Shown here piece after piece: positions 50,896-64,000 of a stretch of 64,000 nucleotides of DNA (position 1 is the stretch's first letter; every line of letters begins with the position of its first letter). A program made the position numbers and the translations under genes. The notes beneath the pieces were generated by a model. The model saw only the letters and a program-made list of their open reading frames with translations. It did no database searches and had not been told where the DNA came from. Location of the stretch: NCBI RefSeq assembly GCF_001194135.2, contig NC_069007.1:11556674-11620673 (forward strand), given 5' to 3'. The stretch is from Octopus bimaculoides (lineage: Eukaryota).

Positions 50896-51447
50896 GATTC
50901 TCAATGTCGATACACACTTTGAGTTAAGAAAATATTTGCTTGAAATACTGAACGTTTATGAATAATATACATAATTATGCGTGTGTTCATGCATGTGTAT
51001 TTATTTGTGCATAAGTGCAAATAAGTGTGTATGTTTATGCATATATCTGTGTATGTGGTTGTATATGTGCGTGCTTGTGCGTGGTCTGTGCAATTATGTG
51101 TGTCTGTGTCATTATGTAAACTTAGATGTGTATGTCTGTGTGTGTGTGTGTGTGTGTGCTTGTGAATATGTCTATATAAATGTATGCATGTGTATATGCT
51201 ATGTAAATGTAGCTGTGTGTGTGTGTGTAATTATGTTTTGGATTATAAATCCCCAAGCAATAATTTTCTATTGATAAGGTGAAATAAATCACACAGAATC
51301 ACATGCCTAAATAAACACACATACGCAGAATACATATTGATATTACATGCACACATACCAACATATACACTAGCACACACACACACACATATATGTGTGT
51401 ATATGTATGTATATGTGTGTATAGCTTTATGCATATGTGTGTTTGTG

Positions 51448-51489
<42 letters not shown>

Positions 51490-52080
51490 CACATTCATAC
51501 ATACATATATACATACAGATATTTAAGACGGTATGTCTACATATATATAGATATATATATATATATATATATATATAGTATGTATGTACGTATATATATA
51601 TGATCGTGTGTATACCTGTATGTAGTTGGATCTATATAAATATATGTATGTGTGTGTGTCTCAATACATATACATAAATATATCAATGCATGTGTACACG
51701 AGGCTCGTTTTATGGCCAAAACCTTGGGAGACAAGAAATATAAATTTATGAATTTGAAATGAATTAATGTGTGGAGTTATAGCAACGGAAACAACAACAA
51801 CAACAACAACACCACCAGAGGTGGGGATGTTGAAAGTGATGGTGGTGTGGTGGAGGCTTGGTGATGGTGGTCGACATGGTTCAGACTGTTGTTGTTGTTG
51901 GTGGTGGTGGTGGTAGTGGTGATGATGGTGGGCGTAATGACGGTGGTGTTGCTGTTGTTGTTGGTAGTGGTAGTGGTGGTGGTGATGATGGTAGGTGTCA
52001 TGATGGTGGTGTTGCTGTTGTCGGTTGAAGTGGTGATGGTGGTTATGATGATGGCTGTAAGGATGGAGGCATTGTTGCTG

Positions 52081-52112
<32 letters not shown>

Positions 52113-52646
52113 GGTAGTGGTGGTGATCGATATAAGGATGGAAGTGGGATGTTGTTGTTGTTAGTGGTGGTATTTATAATAATTTCTTAAAATGATAACA
52201 GTAAACAATGAAAACAATCAAAGCAAAAATTAGGGTAACAACAGTCAGTGCAGTAACTGATACACAAAAACAACAACAAAAATAATACCAACATCATCAT
52301 CCAGTATCATAACAACAGCAACAACCATAGTACACAACAACAGCATAATCAAGCACTACAAAAACACTAACAACAACAACAATCACATCTTCTTTCAACC
52401 GTTTTCAGTATTTCTTACAACATTGGAAATTTCCAGGGTTGAATTACAAGATAATTTGGGTGGATGTTTGTGTGTGCGCTTGTTGCATGTGTGTGCATAT
52501 ATATGTGTGTGTGTGTGTGTGTGTGGGTGTTTGTTTGTTTATTTATGTGTATATGTGTTTGAGTGTGTGCGTGTTTGCATGTGTGTATATATATGTGTTT
52601 GTGTATGTTTTTTATGTGTGTGTGGTGTGTATGTGTTTGTTTGTGT

Positions 52647-52689
<43 letters not shown>

Positions 52690-52733
52690 CATGCGCAGGT
52701 ATGTATGTGTGTTTGTGTATATGTGTGTATGTT

Positions 52734-52784
<51 letters not shown>

Positions 52785-53289
52785 GTGTGTGTATGCATGA
52801 GTGTGTGTGCATGTTTGTCTGGTGGTATAAGTGTGTTTTTTGTTTGTGCCATGATCAGTACTTGTGTATGGTTCTGTGTGTATGATATGTACATACATAA
52901 GTGTACGCATGCTTGTGTGGGTGTATGCATGTGTGTGTGTGTCTGTATGTTGGATATATTTCATCTTTACATTGTTTTCTCATTAGAGGAAAGTTTATCT
53001 CCAGTTTGGGCATTGCTGCTACAACAATGATGATGATAGTGGTGGCGGCGGCAGTGGCACTGGTAGTGGCAGTGGCAGTAGTAGTGGTGGTGGTGGTGGT
53101 GGTGCACCTCTTCTGTGCAATATATTACTTTGACGCCAACGTTGATTCCAGTGTTTGATGCTGTTATGTTTAATTGAGAGATTTTAATGAGGAGAATAAT
53201 TCTTGACTTTTCTTGGGTGTCTGAGTGGCTCCCTGTGGCTTTGCAAGATAGGATCCTGAGCAACAGAAATATTCAGTAGTATCATCACC

Positions 53290-53339
<50 letters not shown>

Positions 53340-53959
53340 CATCTATATTTGTATATATGTATTTGTGTGTGTGTGTGTATGTGTTTTCCCCCCTCCACCA
53401 TCACTTGACAGCCGAGTTGGTGTGTTTACATACCCGTAACTTAGCAGTTCGGCAAAAGGGACCCATAGAATAAGTCTTGGTGTCGTTTTGTTCAACTAAA
53501 GGCGGTGCTCCAGCATGGCCGCAGTCAAATGATTGAAACAAGTAAAAGAGTAAATGAATATATGTGTGTGTGTGTGTGTGTGTCTAGCTTGGAAGAGGAT
53601 ATTATATGATGATGATGATGATGGAAATGTTTAAAACTTTTGGCACAGATCAGAATAATTTTGGCAGCCCCACCCCTTCCATTGGTGCTGAGCAACTTTG
53701 ATGCTATCAAGGAATATCTACATTCATTTCGTCCCAGAGAATAAAATCCTTTGTCCAGAGTCAACCAATCCAACCATGCCCTGACTATATATTTTGCCTG
53801 ACATTTCCCTGAAGATTTATTCTTTCCTCTCAGTTTTTGATTATTTTTTTTCCTCACAGACCATTACCATATTCTGTGATGAAGTACTTTCTTCTTTTGG
53901 TATCATTCCACAAGTCATTGCTGTATTTGTCTCTCCCAAAATTAATCCCAGTCATGTAG

Positions 53960-54135
53960 GGGTCCATCTATAAACCCCTTGTAATCCCCACCTCCACAGG
54001 AAACACCAGGCACTGCCATCCTTGGACCTCACCTTCTGGGTCTTTTCAATTTTACTGATTTCCTTTCGTACAACCACCCTGTCTAGCTTCTCAACAGTAA
54101 CTCATCCACCAGGACTGTTTCTGTCACATCAGATT
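53960..54135 (-). mobile_element. HERO/NeSL-like restriction-like endonuclease LINE remnant
   Basis: Frameshifted YERKSVK and GWQCLVFPVEVG(I)TRG resemble the RLE signature KY..L..GW....P.EVG.RG. Confidence 0.45.
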
Positions 54136-55041
54136 CTGCTGTGTGTGTGTGTGTGTGTGTGTGTGCAATAAAATGTGTTGGTACATGTTAGATGGAATGC
54201 ATAATTCATTTTAATATCTGTTGATTTAATTAAAATTTATTTAAGCAACTGGAAGATTTGTGGCATTTTGTGAAATCAATAAAAAAACACAAAACATATT
54301 TATGGAAATCAAAGTTGATATTTTTCAATATATATAAATGAATATATGTGTGTGGGTGTGGGGTACATCTGTGTGTAGGTTGGGACACACCCACACATAC
54401 ATGTATGCTGTGTGTGTGNNNNNNNNNNNNNNNNNNNNNNNNNNNNNNNNNNNNNNNNNNNNNNNNNNNNNNNNNNNNNNNNNNNNNNNNNNNNNNNNNN
54501 NNNNNNNNNNNNNNNNNNNNNNNNNNNNNNNNNNNNNNNNNNNNNNNNNNNNNNNNNNNNNNNNNNNNNNNNNNNNNNNNNNNNNNNNNNNNNNNNNNNN
54601 NNNNNNNNNNNNNNNNNNNNNNNNNNNNNNNNNNNNNNNNNNNNNNNNNNNNNNNNNNNNNNNNNNNNNNNNNNNNNNNNATATATATATATGTGCTGAG
54701 TGTGATATATATATATATATATATATAAACACATATACATACACACACATGATGATAGTTTTGCAAGTAAATTTAAAATAGTATCCAGTGATTTAACACT
54801 TTAATTTTGTAATTCAGATTTCAAGGTGATTCCCCTAATTTTGTTAATTATCCTCTAGAATTTAGACTCTGTATTTTGTTTGAGTCATGTTGCTTTGTGA
54901 TAAACCTGACACACTTTTAACCTCAGGTAAACTGGTATATACAATTGCTTTTACTCGTTAATAGTGGTAACCTTTTGCATCGATATACCTGATGCCCACA
55001 TTGAAAGAGTTGTTATACTTGTACTGTATATGTACCTTTAA

Positions 55042-55652
55042 CCATTTAGCGCTTAAACTGGCCATATCCAGCCCAAATGTTCAACCTTTTTTATTTTCAA
55101 ATTAACCAGATCTAGCCTCTCACACCTACCTTACAATGTCATTCTAAAGATAAACAATGACATTATTGAAATCTTGAAGCCCCAGGATAATACATGATTA
55201 ATTCAAGACAATGTGAATAAATAAGAATTACGTTTGACAGAATAATATGAACACCGAGGGGTTAAACTAGCCATCATGTCTGGCTGAAATATTCTACTTG
55301 TTTTATGTTCAGACTAGCCAGGTCCAGCCTCTCACACCAACCCTATAATGCTATTCTACAAATTAACAATCAGGTCATTGAAATTTTGAAGCTCCAAGAT
55401 AATACATGATTAATTCAAGACAATGAGAATAAATAAGCATTACATTTGACAGGATAATCTGAATGCTAAAGGGTTAATCCAGAGCCATATCTGGCCTGAA
55501 TATTCTATCTGTTTTATGTTCAGATAAGCCAGATCCAGCCTCTCACACCTACCCTATATTGCTATTATATAAATTAACAATCACATCATTGAAATCTCAA
55601 AGCTTTGAGATAATGCATGATTAATTGATCGACTAATCTGAGAATTGATGGG
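55042..55652 (+). mobile_element. Three tandem piggyBac-type MITE units joined at TTAA
   Basis: GGG-TTAA ends at 55261, 55473, 55652; shared CAGCCTCTCACACC..GCATGATTAATT core. Confidence 0.85.
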
Positions 55653-55769
55653 TTAAATCAGTGAGGACAGAAATGTTTCCTAACCATGATAAACTTATAT
55701 TTACATGCACCATGCTGCAAAAATACGTTGCAGTTTGGCATCTGTAACTCTTAAAAAATCTATCTCTCT

Positions 55770-56090
55770 ACAACAATAGCCAATGTCCTTCCTGAGGTCA
55801 TAAATACCAAAATGGCAGGTGTTTAAGCAGCATTAGATACTTGTTTTGTTCTTTTAAATTTTTGTCAATGATAATTTTTGCAAAGTCATCCGTAAATTTC
55901 TTGGCTACTTTGTAAATGTTTGATGTCTCATCACCAGAAATCTTTAAATATTTAATGCTCTGCCCTGTCTTCAATATTTGTAACCAACCTCGTGAATAAT
56001 CATAGTTATCTTCAATATTCAGTTTGTTTTGATCAATTTTATTTTAACGATGACCAACAATCCATTAAGAGGGAAATATTTTGTCAGACT
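55770..56090 (-). mobile_element. Tigger/pogo (CENP-B type) transposase remnant
   Basis: LNIEDNYDYSRGWLQILKTGQSIKYLKISGDETSNIYKVAKKFTDDFAKIIIDKNL..FW resembles S.GWL..FK.RH.I....I.GE. Confidence 0.8.
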
Positions 56091-56214
56091 TAATGAAGAA
56101 TCTACTCAATCAACATTTGTGTTTATGCTTGATGAAAAATTTTCTGTTTTTAATTATCTCCTGTCCCTCTTGACCAGAATAAAATTTCATCAAAATGACC
56201 TTCTCTCTCTCTCA

Positions 56215-56420
56215 AGGCAGAGAACTGGCAGAAACATTAGCATGCTGGGCAAAATGCTTAATAGCATTTCATCTGTCTTTACATTCTGAGTTCAAATTCC
56301 ACCGAGGTTGACTTTGCCTTTCATCCTTTCGGGGGTCGATATATTAAATACCAGTTGCGTACTGGGGTTGATATAATCAACTGGCCCCCTCCCCCAAAAT
56401 TCCGGGCCTTGTGCCTAGAG
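56215..56420 (+). mobile_element. SINE family B, full copy
   Basis: Head AAGGCAGAGAACTGGCAGAAACATTAGC, tail GTGCCTAGAGTAGAAAAGAAT. Confidence 0.9.
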
Positions 56421-56904
56421 TAGAAAAGAATATTTATAATGATTAAAGCAGTTGGTTAATAACTGATAGAACATTGGACAGTCTGTTTTGTATCCTTGTG
56501 CTCAGAGTTCAAATTCTACGAAAGTTAACTTTACTTTTAATTCTTTTAAGGTCAATAAGTAAAGTATCAGTGTTGTACTGGGGTCAAGTCTTCTCTTTCT
56601 CTCCCTCTTTATTTCTCCTGTCTGTGTGTGTCTCTTCTTGTCAGAAATAATCTTTGGTCAGAGGTGCAGAGGGATGTGTTGAACCAAGTCTAAAAATGCC
56701 CAAAACACATCATATGTGAAGTGTTGCTATGACAACTATTGACAATAAAATGATGCTAACTAACTGGGCAAGAGAAGCACAACCCACAGTGAGTGAGGTC
56801 TCTCCCAACAGCTGACCATTCAACACATGGTCCACAACAGCTGGACATTGTCTAGGAACCTTCCGAGTACTTCCTGCATTTCTCTGTTTGTAAATTAGGT
56901 AAAG

Positions 56905-57290
56905 TGTGTGGCTGTGTGGTAAGTAGCTTGCTTACCAACCACATGGTTCCGGGTTCAGTCTCACTGCATGGCACCTTGAGCAAGTGTCTTCTATAGCCTC
57001 AGGTTAACCAAAGCCTTGTGAGTAGATTTCATAGATGGAAACTGAAAGAAGCCCGTCATATATGTATATATATATGTATGTATGTTTGTGTGTCTGTGTT
57101 TGTTCCCCCAACATAACTTGATAACTGATGCTGGTGTATTTACGTCCCCATAACTTAGTGATTTGGCAAAAGAGATGGAGAGAATAAGTACTTGGCTTAC
57201 AAAGAATAAGACCTAGAGTCGATTTGCTGGACTAAAAGGTTGTGCTCCAGCATGGCCACTGTCAAAATGACTGAAACAAGTAAAAGAATA
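56905..57290 (+). mobile_element. SINE family A, full copy
   Basis: Colinear with 8467-8896. Confidence 0.9.
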
Positions 57291-57308
57291 AAAGAATATA
57301 TATATACG

Positions 57309-57373
<65 letters not shown>

Positions 57374-59382
57374 CATATATGTTATGTATATGTTTGTGTG
57401 TGTGTGTGTGTGTATTGTGATTTCTCAACTAGATCACATGCTGGATTAATAAGCCATGCTCACACTCATATCCATATTGCTTTTGGTAACCCAAGGACTT
57501 GCATGAGGAGTCACCAGGTAAAGTGAATGAATGGTAAACGGTTTATATGGTCGGAAATATAATTATCAGACGTCTTTTCTACATATCAAGCACGGCCATC
57601 TTCCTGAAGGGATTTGTGATTCACCTGCTTTCCTACTTACTAAGACTTCAGACTGTATCTATCTATCTATCTGTCTGTATGTATGAATGTAAGCATGTAT
57701 GTATGTATATAATACATCTATAAATGTGGTGTAAGACAAACCAAAGACATATACTACATTAGGATTTGAACCATGCATCTATAAGTTGCCAAGTATATGG
57801 TTCACTAGTTGCACCAAATAACATTTGAACAGCTTTAACTGTCTACATAGCTGATGTAAGGTGGTTTTTCATTGGATAATAATGGTAATGTCTAATCTCC
57901 TTTCATTTCCCCTGACAACTGCAGACAATTTAGCAGCTGTACTGGGAGTCATCTGATATGTATGCGTGCATATATGTATATTATGAATGTATATGCACAC
58001 ACACATATATGCACACTAGCATATATTTAATAACAGCTACATGTATACATAGAAACCCATGCACACGCATGTATGCATTTATAATTCATAATTAAAAATA
58101 ACTATTTATGTTATGAGTAATTACAGTTCATATTCTGAAGTTGCTCTTAGTCATAAACCTAGGAAACTTCCATTGTAACGCTGGAATCTGAAGTAGTTAA
58201 TTAAGGCAGCCTGTCTTTGTCTGGTGGCGAAGTGGTTATCAAGTTGTCTGTGATTCTCATGGGATGTGTGAAAAGACTTGGAAACAAAGACTATTAAGTA
58301 AAAGCCAAAATGTTTATATGTGTTGTGTTGATAGTGAAATTCCTTCTGAGGCTACTTGGTATAATTAGGTACATAGTCACCTGACAATTATTTTATTACT
58401 AGTCATTCAACTTCAATTGGTGACACTATGAGGTTTCAGAACTCTCGTGCTTTCAAGTGGCTAAAATGAGTTGATGAATTACCAGCTCTATCAGCTAGCT
58501 GTAATCTGCTAATAGGATTTGTTGACCCTTAAACTGACTGTTGGCTGAAGAAACTCTTCTGCCCAGACTGTGTCATCTAGTATTGCAAAATGAAGATCAG
58601 TCCACCAAACTTCACATCCACCATGCTGCTCCCCATGACTTCACTCAAAGATTTTTCATCACTAAGGTTAGCTCCTCTAAATACCCACTATTGGGTGGCT
58701 GTTGACCCTTACAAGTTCCTCCACAATTTGACGGGTTTTGTTTTCCATCTTGCATGGTGTCCAAATCACCCTCCTCATCAAGTATGATGATGATGGTGGT
58801 CGTGGTACTTGTGATGTTGACGATGGTGATGATGAACATCAACAACAGCTACAACTACACCTGCATCAACCAAACTATACTGAAATACTAACCACAGCAA
58901 CAACAGCATGAACACTGCCATATATCACCAGACATCTATATTGAAAATACAAAACATCTTTGATAAGGAGCGACCAATAAAATCACCAATGCTGTGGGTG
59001 TCATTCATTTGCAGAATGCATTGAAACATGACGGATCAGTTTTGACATGAAGTAACCCCTTAGTTTTCTGGAATTAACAACTAACTGAAAGAGTTTCTGC
59101 TCAATTAAATAACCCCAGTCATTAATGAATTAGACTTAAAATGGTGATTTCCTGTACAACGGGGTGGGATTAGTCAGTGTTTGGGGGATACAATTTATAA
59201 ATTAGATTCAAAAGGATTCTAAATTATNNNNNNNNNNNNNNNNNNNNNNNNNNNNNNNNNNNNNNNNNNNNNNNNNNNNNNNNNNNNNNNNNNNNNNNNN
59301 NNNNNNNNNNNNNNNNNNNNNNNNNNNNNNNNNNNNNNNNNNNNNNNNNNNNNNNNNNNNNNNNNNNNNNNNNNNNNNNNNN

Positions 59383-59451
<69 letters not shown>

Positions 59452-59476
59452 GTGTGTGTGTATATATGTATATAAA

Positions 59477-59542
59477 TTACACTGATGAGCCTGCAGATAT
59501 TTACATGCGTAAATATTAACAAGCGAAACCATTGGTATGTAG
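59477..59542 (+). ncRNA. Type I hammerhead ribozyme, apparently intact; predicted cleavage after GUA (59537)
   Basis: Stem I UUACA/UGUAG; CUGAUGA 59482-59488; stem II G-C closed, extended by a 9-bp hairpin; GAAA 59525-59528; stem III ACC/GGU. Confidence 0.8.
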
Positions 59543-59869
59543 GTAACCGTTTTTATTTCATATATTTTCATTTCTCTTGCTCATTTGTACATTCTGGTGT
59601 TTTGCTGAAATTTTTTTCCCTGAGGACACACTCTTCGTGGTTAGGCGATTTGACATCTATATCTAGCATATTAGGAGTCCACTGGTGGTCATTCCTCTTA
59701 ATTTTGTATATATGCCTATATATATATGTACATACATATATACATATATATGTGCATATATATATATATATATATTTGTACACTTATGCACATTTGTTTT
59801 TCCATGAATTATACATGATATCTATGCAGATGTGTATATATATGTATATGTATGTTATATACATATCAG

Positions 59870-59930
<61 letters not shown>

Positions 59931-59962
59931 NNNNNNNNNNTACATACATATATATTCATATA

Positions 59963-60090
59963 CAGGGTGTCCACAAGGTCTAGGTACATGGAGTAAATAA
60001 AATCATAACATAAACAATTAAATATAAGAAATAATAATGTCTTAAAGTATGTGTTAATCCCCCATGTACCCAGACTTTGTGGACACCCTG
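59963..60090. mobile_element. Tc1/mariner MITE
   Basis: TA|CAGGGTGTCCACAAGGTCTAGGTACATGG ... CCATGTACCCAGACTTTGTGGACACCCTG|TA. Confidence 0.9.
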
Positions 60091-60160
60091 TATATATGCG
60101 CATGTGTGTGTGAGTTGTCAATATCATCAAGTGCAATGCTCATCATGAAACCAATGGTAT

Positions 60161-61403
60161 CAGGTCATTAAGAATGAAATGTCCGACTTTGAACTGAAAG
60201 TTTATTTTACTTTATCTCAACAAAAAGCAATGCAGTTAATCAAAGTATGCACCTAAATTGTCAACACAGTTTTACCATTTTATTGGTAGCTTATTTATGC
60301 CAGCAGCAAAGAATTCTGGAAAGCAAGAAGTGATGAAATCATGAAAAGCTGTTTTTGCATCTACTTTCCGATTTGAAGTTTTCTAATGCCTAAAAAACGT
60401 GATAGTCAGTTGGTGAAAGGTCTGGTGAATATGGTGGATGACAGAGTACTTCCAAGTTCAGTCCCTGTTAACTTGAGTAGCGTTCTTTGTGCAACATGTG
60501 GTCGAGCATTGTCATGCAAGAGAATTGGCCTGTCTCTATTGACCAATCTCAGTTGTTTAATTGCAAGTTCACTCATTCCATCCAATTGGTTGATGTACAC
60601 ATCCACTGTAATTAACTTACCAGGTCTTATGTAGCTGTAGTGGATGACACTATCGCGGGGCCACCCAACAGACACCATTAGCTTTTTTTGGTGAATATTC
60701 TTTTTTGGATTGTGTTTTGGCATTTTGTCTCTATCAAACCATCATGCAGAATGCTTGCTATTGTTGAAAAGAATCCATTTTTAATCACACATAACAATAC
60801 AAAGCAAAAATGGTTTGCTTTTATGCTGTGACAGAAAAGAATAGCAAATTTCAAGACAACTTGTCATTTCAGTTCATGTGGTACCCACTTGTCCAGCTTC
60901 TTTAACTTGCCGATTTGTTTCACATGGTCCAATACAGTTGGAATCGATGCATCAAACTTTGCTGCTAACTCACACATAGTTTGAGATGTATCTGCTTCCA
61001 CTACAGTGTCCAGCTCATCATTATCCACCTTGGTTTCAGGTCTTCCATGGGGCTGATTTTCAAGAGTGGAACTTTTCAAACCATCGACGTACAGTGCACT
61101 CATTCGCCACATCTTCGCCAAGCACCTCTCTGATGTTTCAAGCTGTCTGGGATGCACTGGTTCCATGATGGAACTCATAGTCTTAAGCAACACAAACTTT
61201 TGATCTGTCCATGGGTTCACAAAATTTGATTTACAAGAGAAAACTCACAATATAATCAGACATTATGAATTGCATTTCGAAAAGTGATGATGTAACTCTT
61301 CAATGTTGTAAAATAAAGAATTGTCAGGATAAAGCATTAGAGCTAACGACTGTCAAACTTGGTGCATAAGAAAATTGGAAATTTCATTCTTAATGAAATC
61401 CTG
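60161..61403 (-). mobile_element. Full-length decayed mariner transposon; transposase pseudogene about 61212 to 60236
   Basis: GRP..VDNDEL, KKLDKWVPHEL, LLHDNARPHVA, SPDLSPTDY, CVDNLGAYFD* motifs with stops/frameshifts; TIRs sharing CATTAAGAATGAAAT. Confidence 0.95.
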
Positions 61404-61929
61404 ACCATTTATATGCTAGAATCAATAACATCCTGTTTAACATTTCATGTAAAACTATAACTTCTCTATTTTTCATGTTGAGTGTGATTTTTCTTCTTTT
61501 TACTATTCTACAGACAACTATGTAATGTGCGTTTGTGCATGCATGCGTGTATGCACCATTCACTGTCTCCCCTACAGCAAAGTACCTGTCTCTATCCTTC
61601 TTTCATAATTTATCCTCTCAGCACCTAGTATCAAGCCATTTCCCTCAATTGTACATTCCTAAACCTCAGTTGAGGAATCTTGTCTTGGGAGTTACTGGGC
61701 AACCTCACTAGTGTTGGTGCCATGTAAAATGCTCCCAGCACTCACTGTAAGGTGGCACTCTTCAAACCTTGCACTAAGAATAAGTACAGGGTAAAATTAC
61801 TACCTACTTTTATAGCAAGTTGATGCAGGTAGTGTATCCCATCCCTCATTGATTTTTAGCTCATGCAATTGAAAAACATCGCATTATTTCTGGGATGACC
61901 CAATATATACATATTGGCATGTAGAAAGT

Positions 61930-62260
61930 GCCTTTCAAGCATTGGGCCTCACAGAGGCAATGACAAATGACAGAGATCTTTGCCAATATGATATGCTTGA
62001 GTAGAAGACCTATCAAGCCAAATGATATCATAATCGTGGCAGATTCTGGTGTTACACAACTGGTACTTGGGCTGGTGGCACATAAAAGCACCCATTACAC
62101 TCTCAGAGTGGTCGGTGTCAGGAAGGGCATCCAGCTGTAGAAACCATGCCAAATAAGACTGGAGTCTGGTGCAGCCCCTCAGCTTACCAGCCCGGGTCAA
62201 AGAAATGAAACCTATGCCAGCATGGACAACGGACATTAAATGATGATGGTGATGGTGATG
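61930..62260 (+). mobile_element. RTE LINE 3' end (family C)
   Basis: LQALGLTEAMTNDRDL..; AGGAAGGGCATCCAGCTGTAGAAAC; CATGCCAGCATGGACAACGGACATTAAAT(GAT)n. Confidence 0.8.
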
Positions 62261-62277
62261 ATGATGATGATGATGAT

Positions 62278-62315
<38 letters not shown>

Positions 62316-62852
62316 TTAATTGAAATATATGTATGCTGAAACGTGATTATATATATATATANNNNNNNNNNNNNNNNNNNNNNNNNNNNNNNNNNNNNNN
62401 NNNNNNNNNNNNNNNNNNNNNNNNNNNNNNNNNNNNNNNNNNNNNNNNNNNNNNNNNNNNNNNNNNNNNNNNNNNNNNNNNNNNNNNNNNNNNNNNNNNN
62501 NNNNNNNNNNNNNNNNNNNNNNNNNNNNNNNNNNNNNNNNNNNNNNNNNNNNNNNNNNNNNNNNNNNNNNNNNNNNNNNNNNNNNNNNNNNNNNNNNNNN
62601 NNNNNNNNNNNNNNNNNNNNNNNNNNNNNNNNNNNNNNNNNNNNNNNNNNNNNNNNNNNNNNNNNNNNNNNNNNNNNNNNNNNNNNNNNNNNNNNNNNNN
62701 NNNNNNNNNNNNNNNNNNNNNNNNNNNNNNNNNNNNNNNNNNNNNNNNNNNNNNNNNNNNNNNNNNNNNNNNNNNNNNNNNNNNNNNNNNNNNNNNNNNN
62801 NNNNNNNNNNNNNNNNNNNNNNNNNNNNNNNNNNNNNNNNNNNNNNNNNNNN

Positions 62853-62918
<66 letters not shown>

Positions 62919-63267
62919 ACCAAATTCCTCAACTACACAATCATGCTTGTACAGACTTACCATAATATATGCCATGTTTGTCCAATAAAATACATAACAT
63001 CTGTAAATTCACAAAATTTCACAAAGAATTCAGAAAAAAAAATAACAAAACAAAGGAAAACAAAAAGATCTTAGTCATGTTTTTATCACCAAATACATTT
63101 AAGAATTACTGCTCTCCAGTTACACACACACACTCATACACACACATACACCCATGGATACACATGTACGCTCATATACTCACATGTGTACCAACCTATA
63201 CACACACACTCTTGTACACATTCGTGGATACACATACACTCATATACTAACATGTATACCAACACAC

Positions 63268-63299
<32 letters not shown>

Positions 63300-64000
63300 G
63301 CAATGCACACACATACTCATTCACATCCACACACACACACATGCATACACACACATACTCATATATATGTATGCATGCATATACATAAACACACTGCAAA
63401 TTTTTGTAATTATTGCATTTATCGTACAATCGCAATATTCTACACACTATTTATGTATGTTTAAAAAATACTTTTTACAAAGAGATTTTTATCATCTCTC
63501 TGTTTCAAAAATTAATACTTATTTGTCTACAAAGCTGAAAAGTGATTTTATTATCATAACGACCAAACCACACCATCGTTAATGACAGTAAATATGTTTA
63601 TCTTTCTTAAATGTGTGGAACAAACTAATAATAGCAATAATAATAATATAATAATAATCATAATAATAATAATAATAATAATAGTCATAATGATAGTAAT
63701 AATAATGATGTTGATGATGATGAAGTTAATATACAAAAAACTAAATTTGTTTTTACTCACAGGTATTTTATCAAGCACACAGACATACGCACACATGCAT
63801 GTATAACTGTGTGAGCATGTGAAGTGTGTGTGTGTGTGTGTGTATATAAATATATGGATACAAATATATATCTATGTATGTATATATATATACATATATA
63901 TCATCATCATCATCGTTTATATGTATGTACATATATATATAAGTATGTATATGTATACATATGTATATATGTCTGTGTGTGTGTATTTACATACAAAGAA

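Overview
AT-rich, intron/intergenic-type animal DNA with many assembly gaps and dense micro/minisatellites. The repeat complement (several tRNA-headed SINE families, RTE-type 3' ends with (GAT)n tails, extreme TA/CA/CAT/AAT microsatellites) points to an octopus (coleoid cephalopod) draft genome; this is inferred from recognised repeat families, not a database match. No complete host gene can be called; almost all ORFs in the track are microsatellite or N-gap artefacts. Recognisable coding remnants are all transposon-derived: a full-length decayed mariner (60161-61403), two further mariner pieces, a Tigger/pogo fragment, a Penelope GIY-YIG fragment, and CR1/L2, R4/Dong and HERO-like LINE 3' ends. 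Highlights: an apparently intact type I hammerhead ribozyme (59477-59542) plus three decayed hammerhead motifs; a LINE 3' tail shared with the dominant SINE; head-less SINE chains joined at one fixed site; a decayed 21-nt G-Y-H-H repeat; a 9/18-nt repeat open in several frames; several foldback MITEs; and a few isolated candidate exons on the minus strand.
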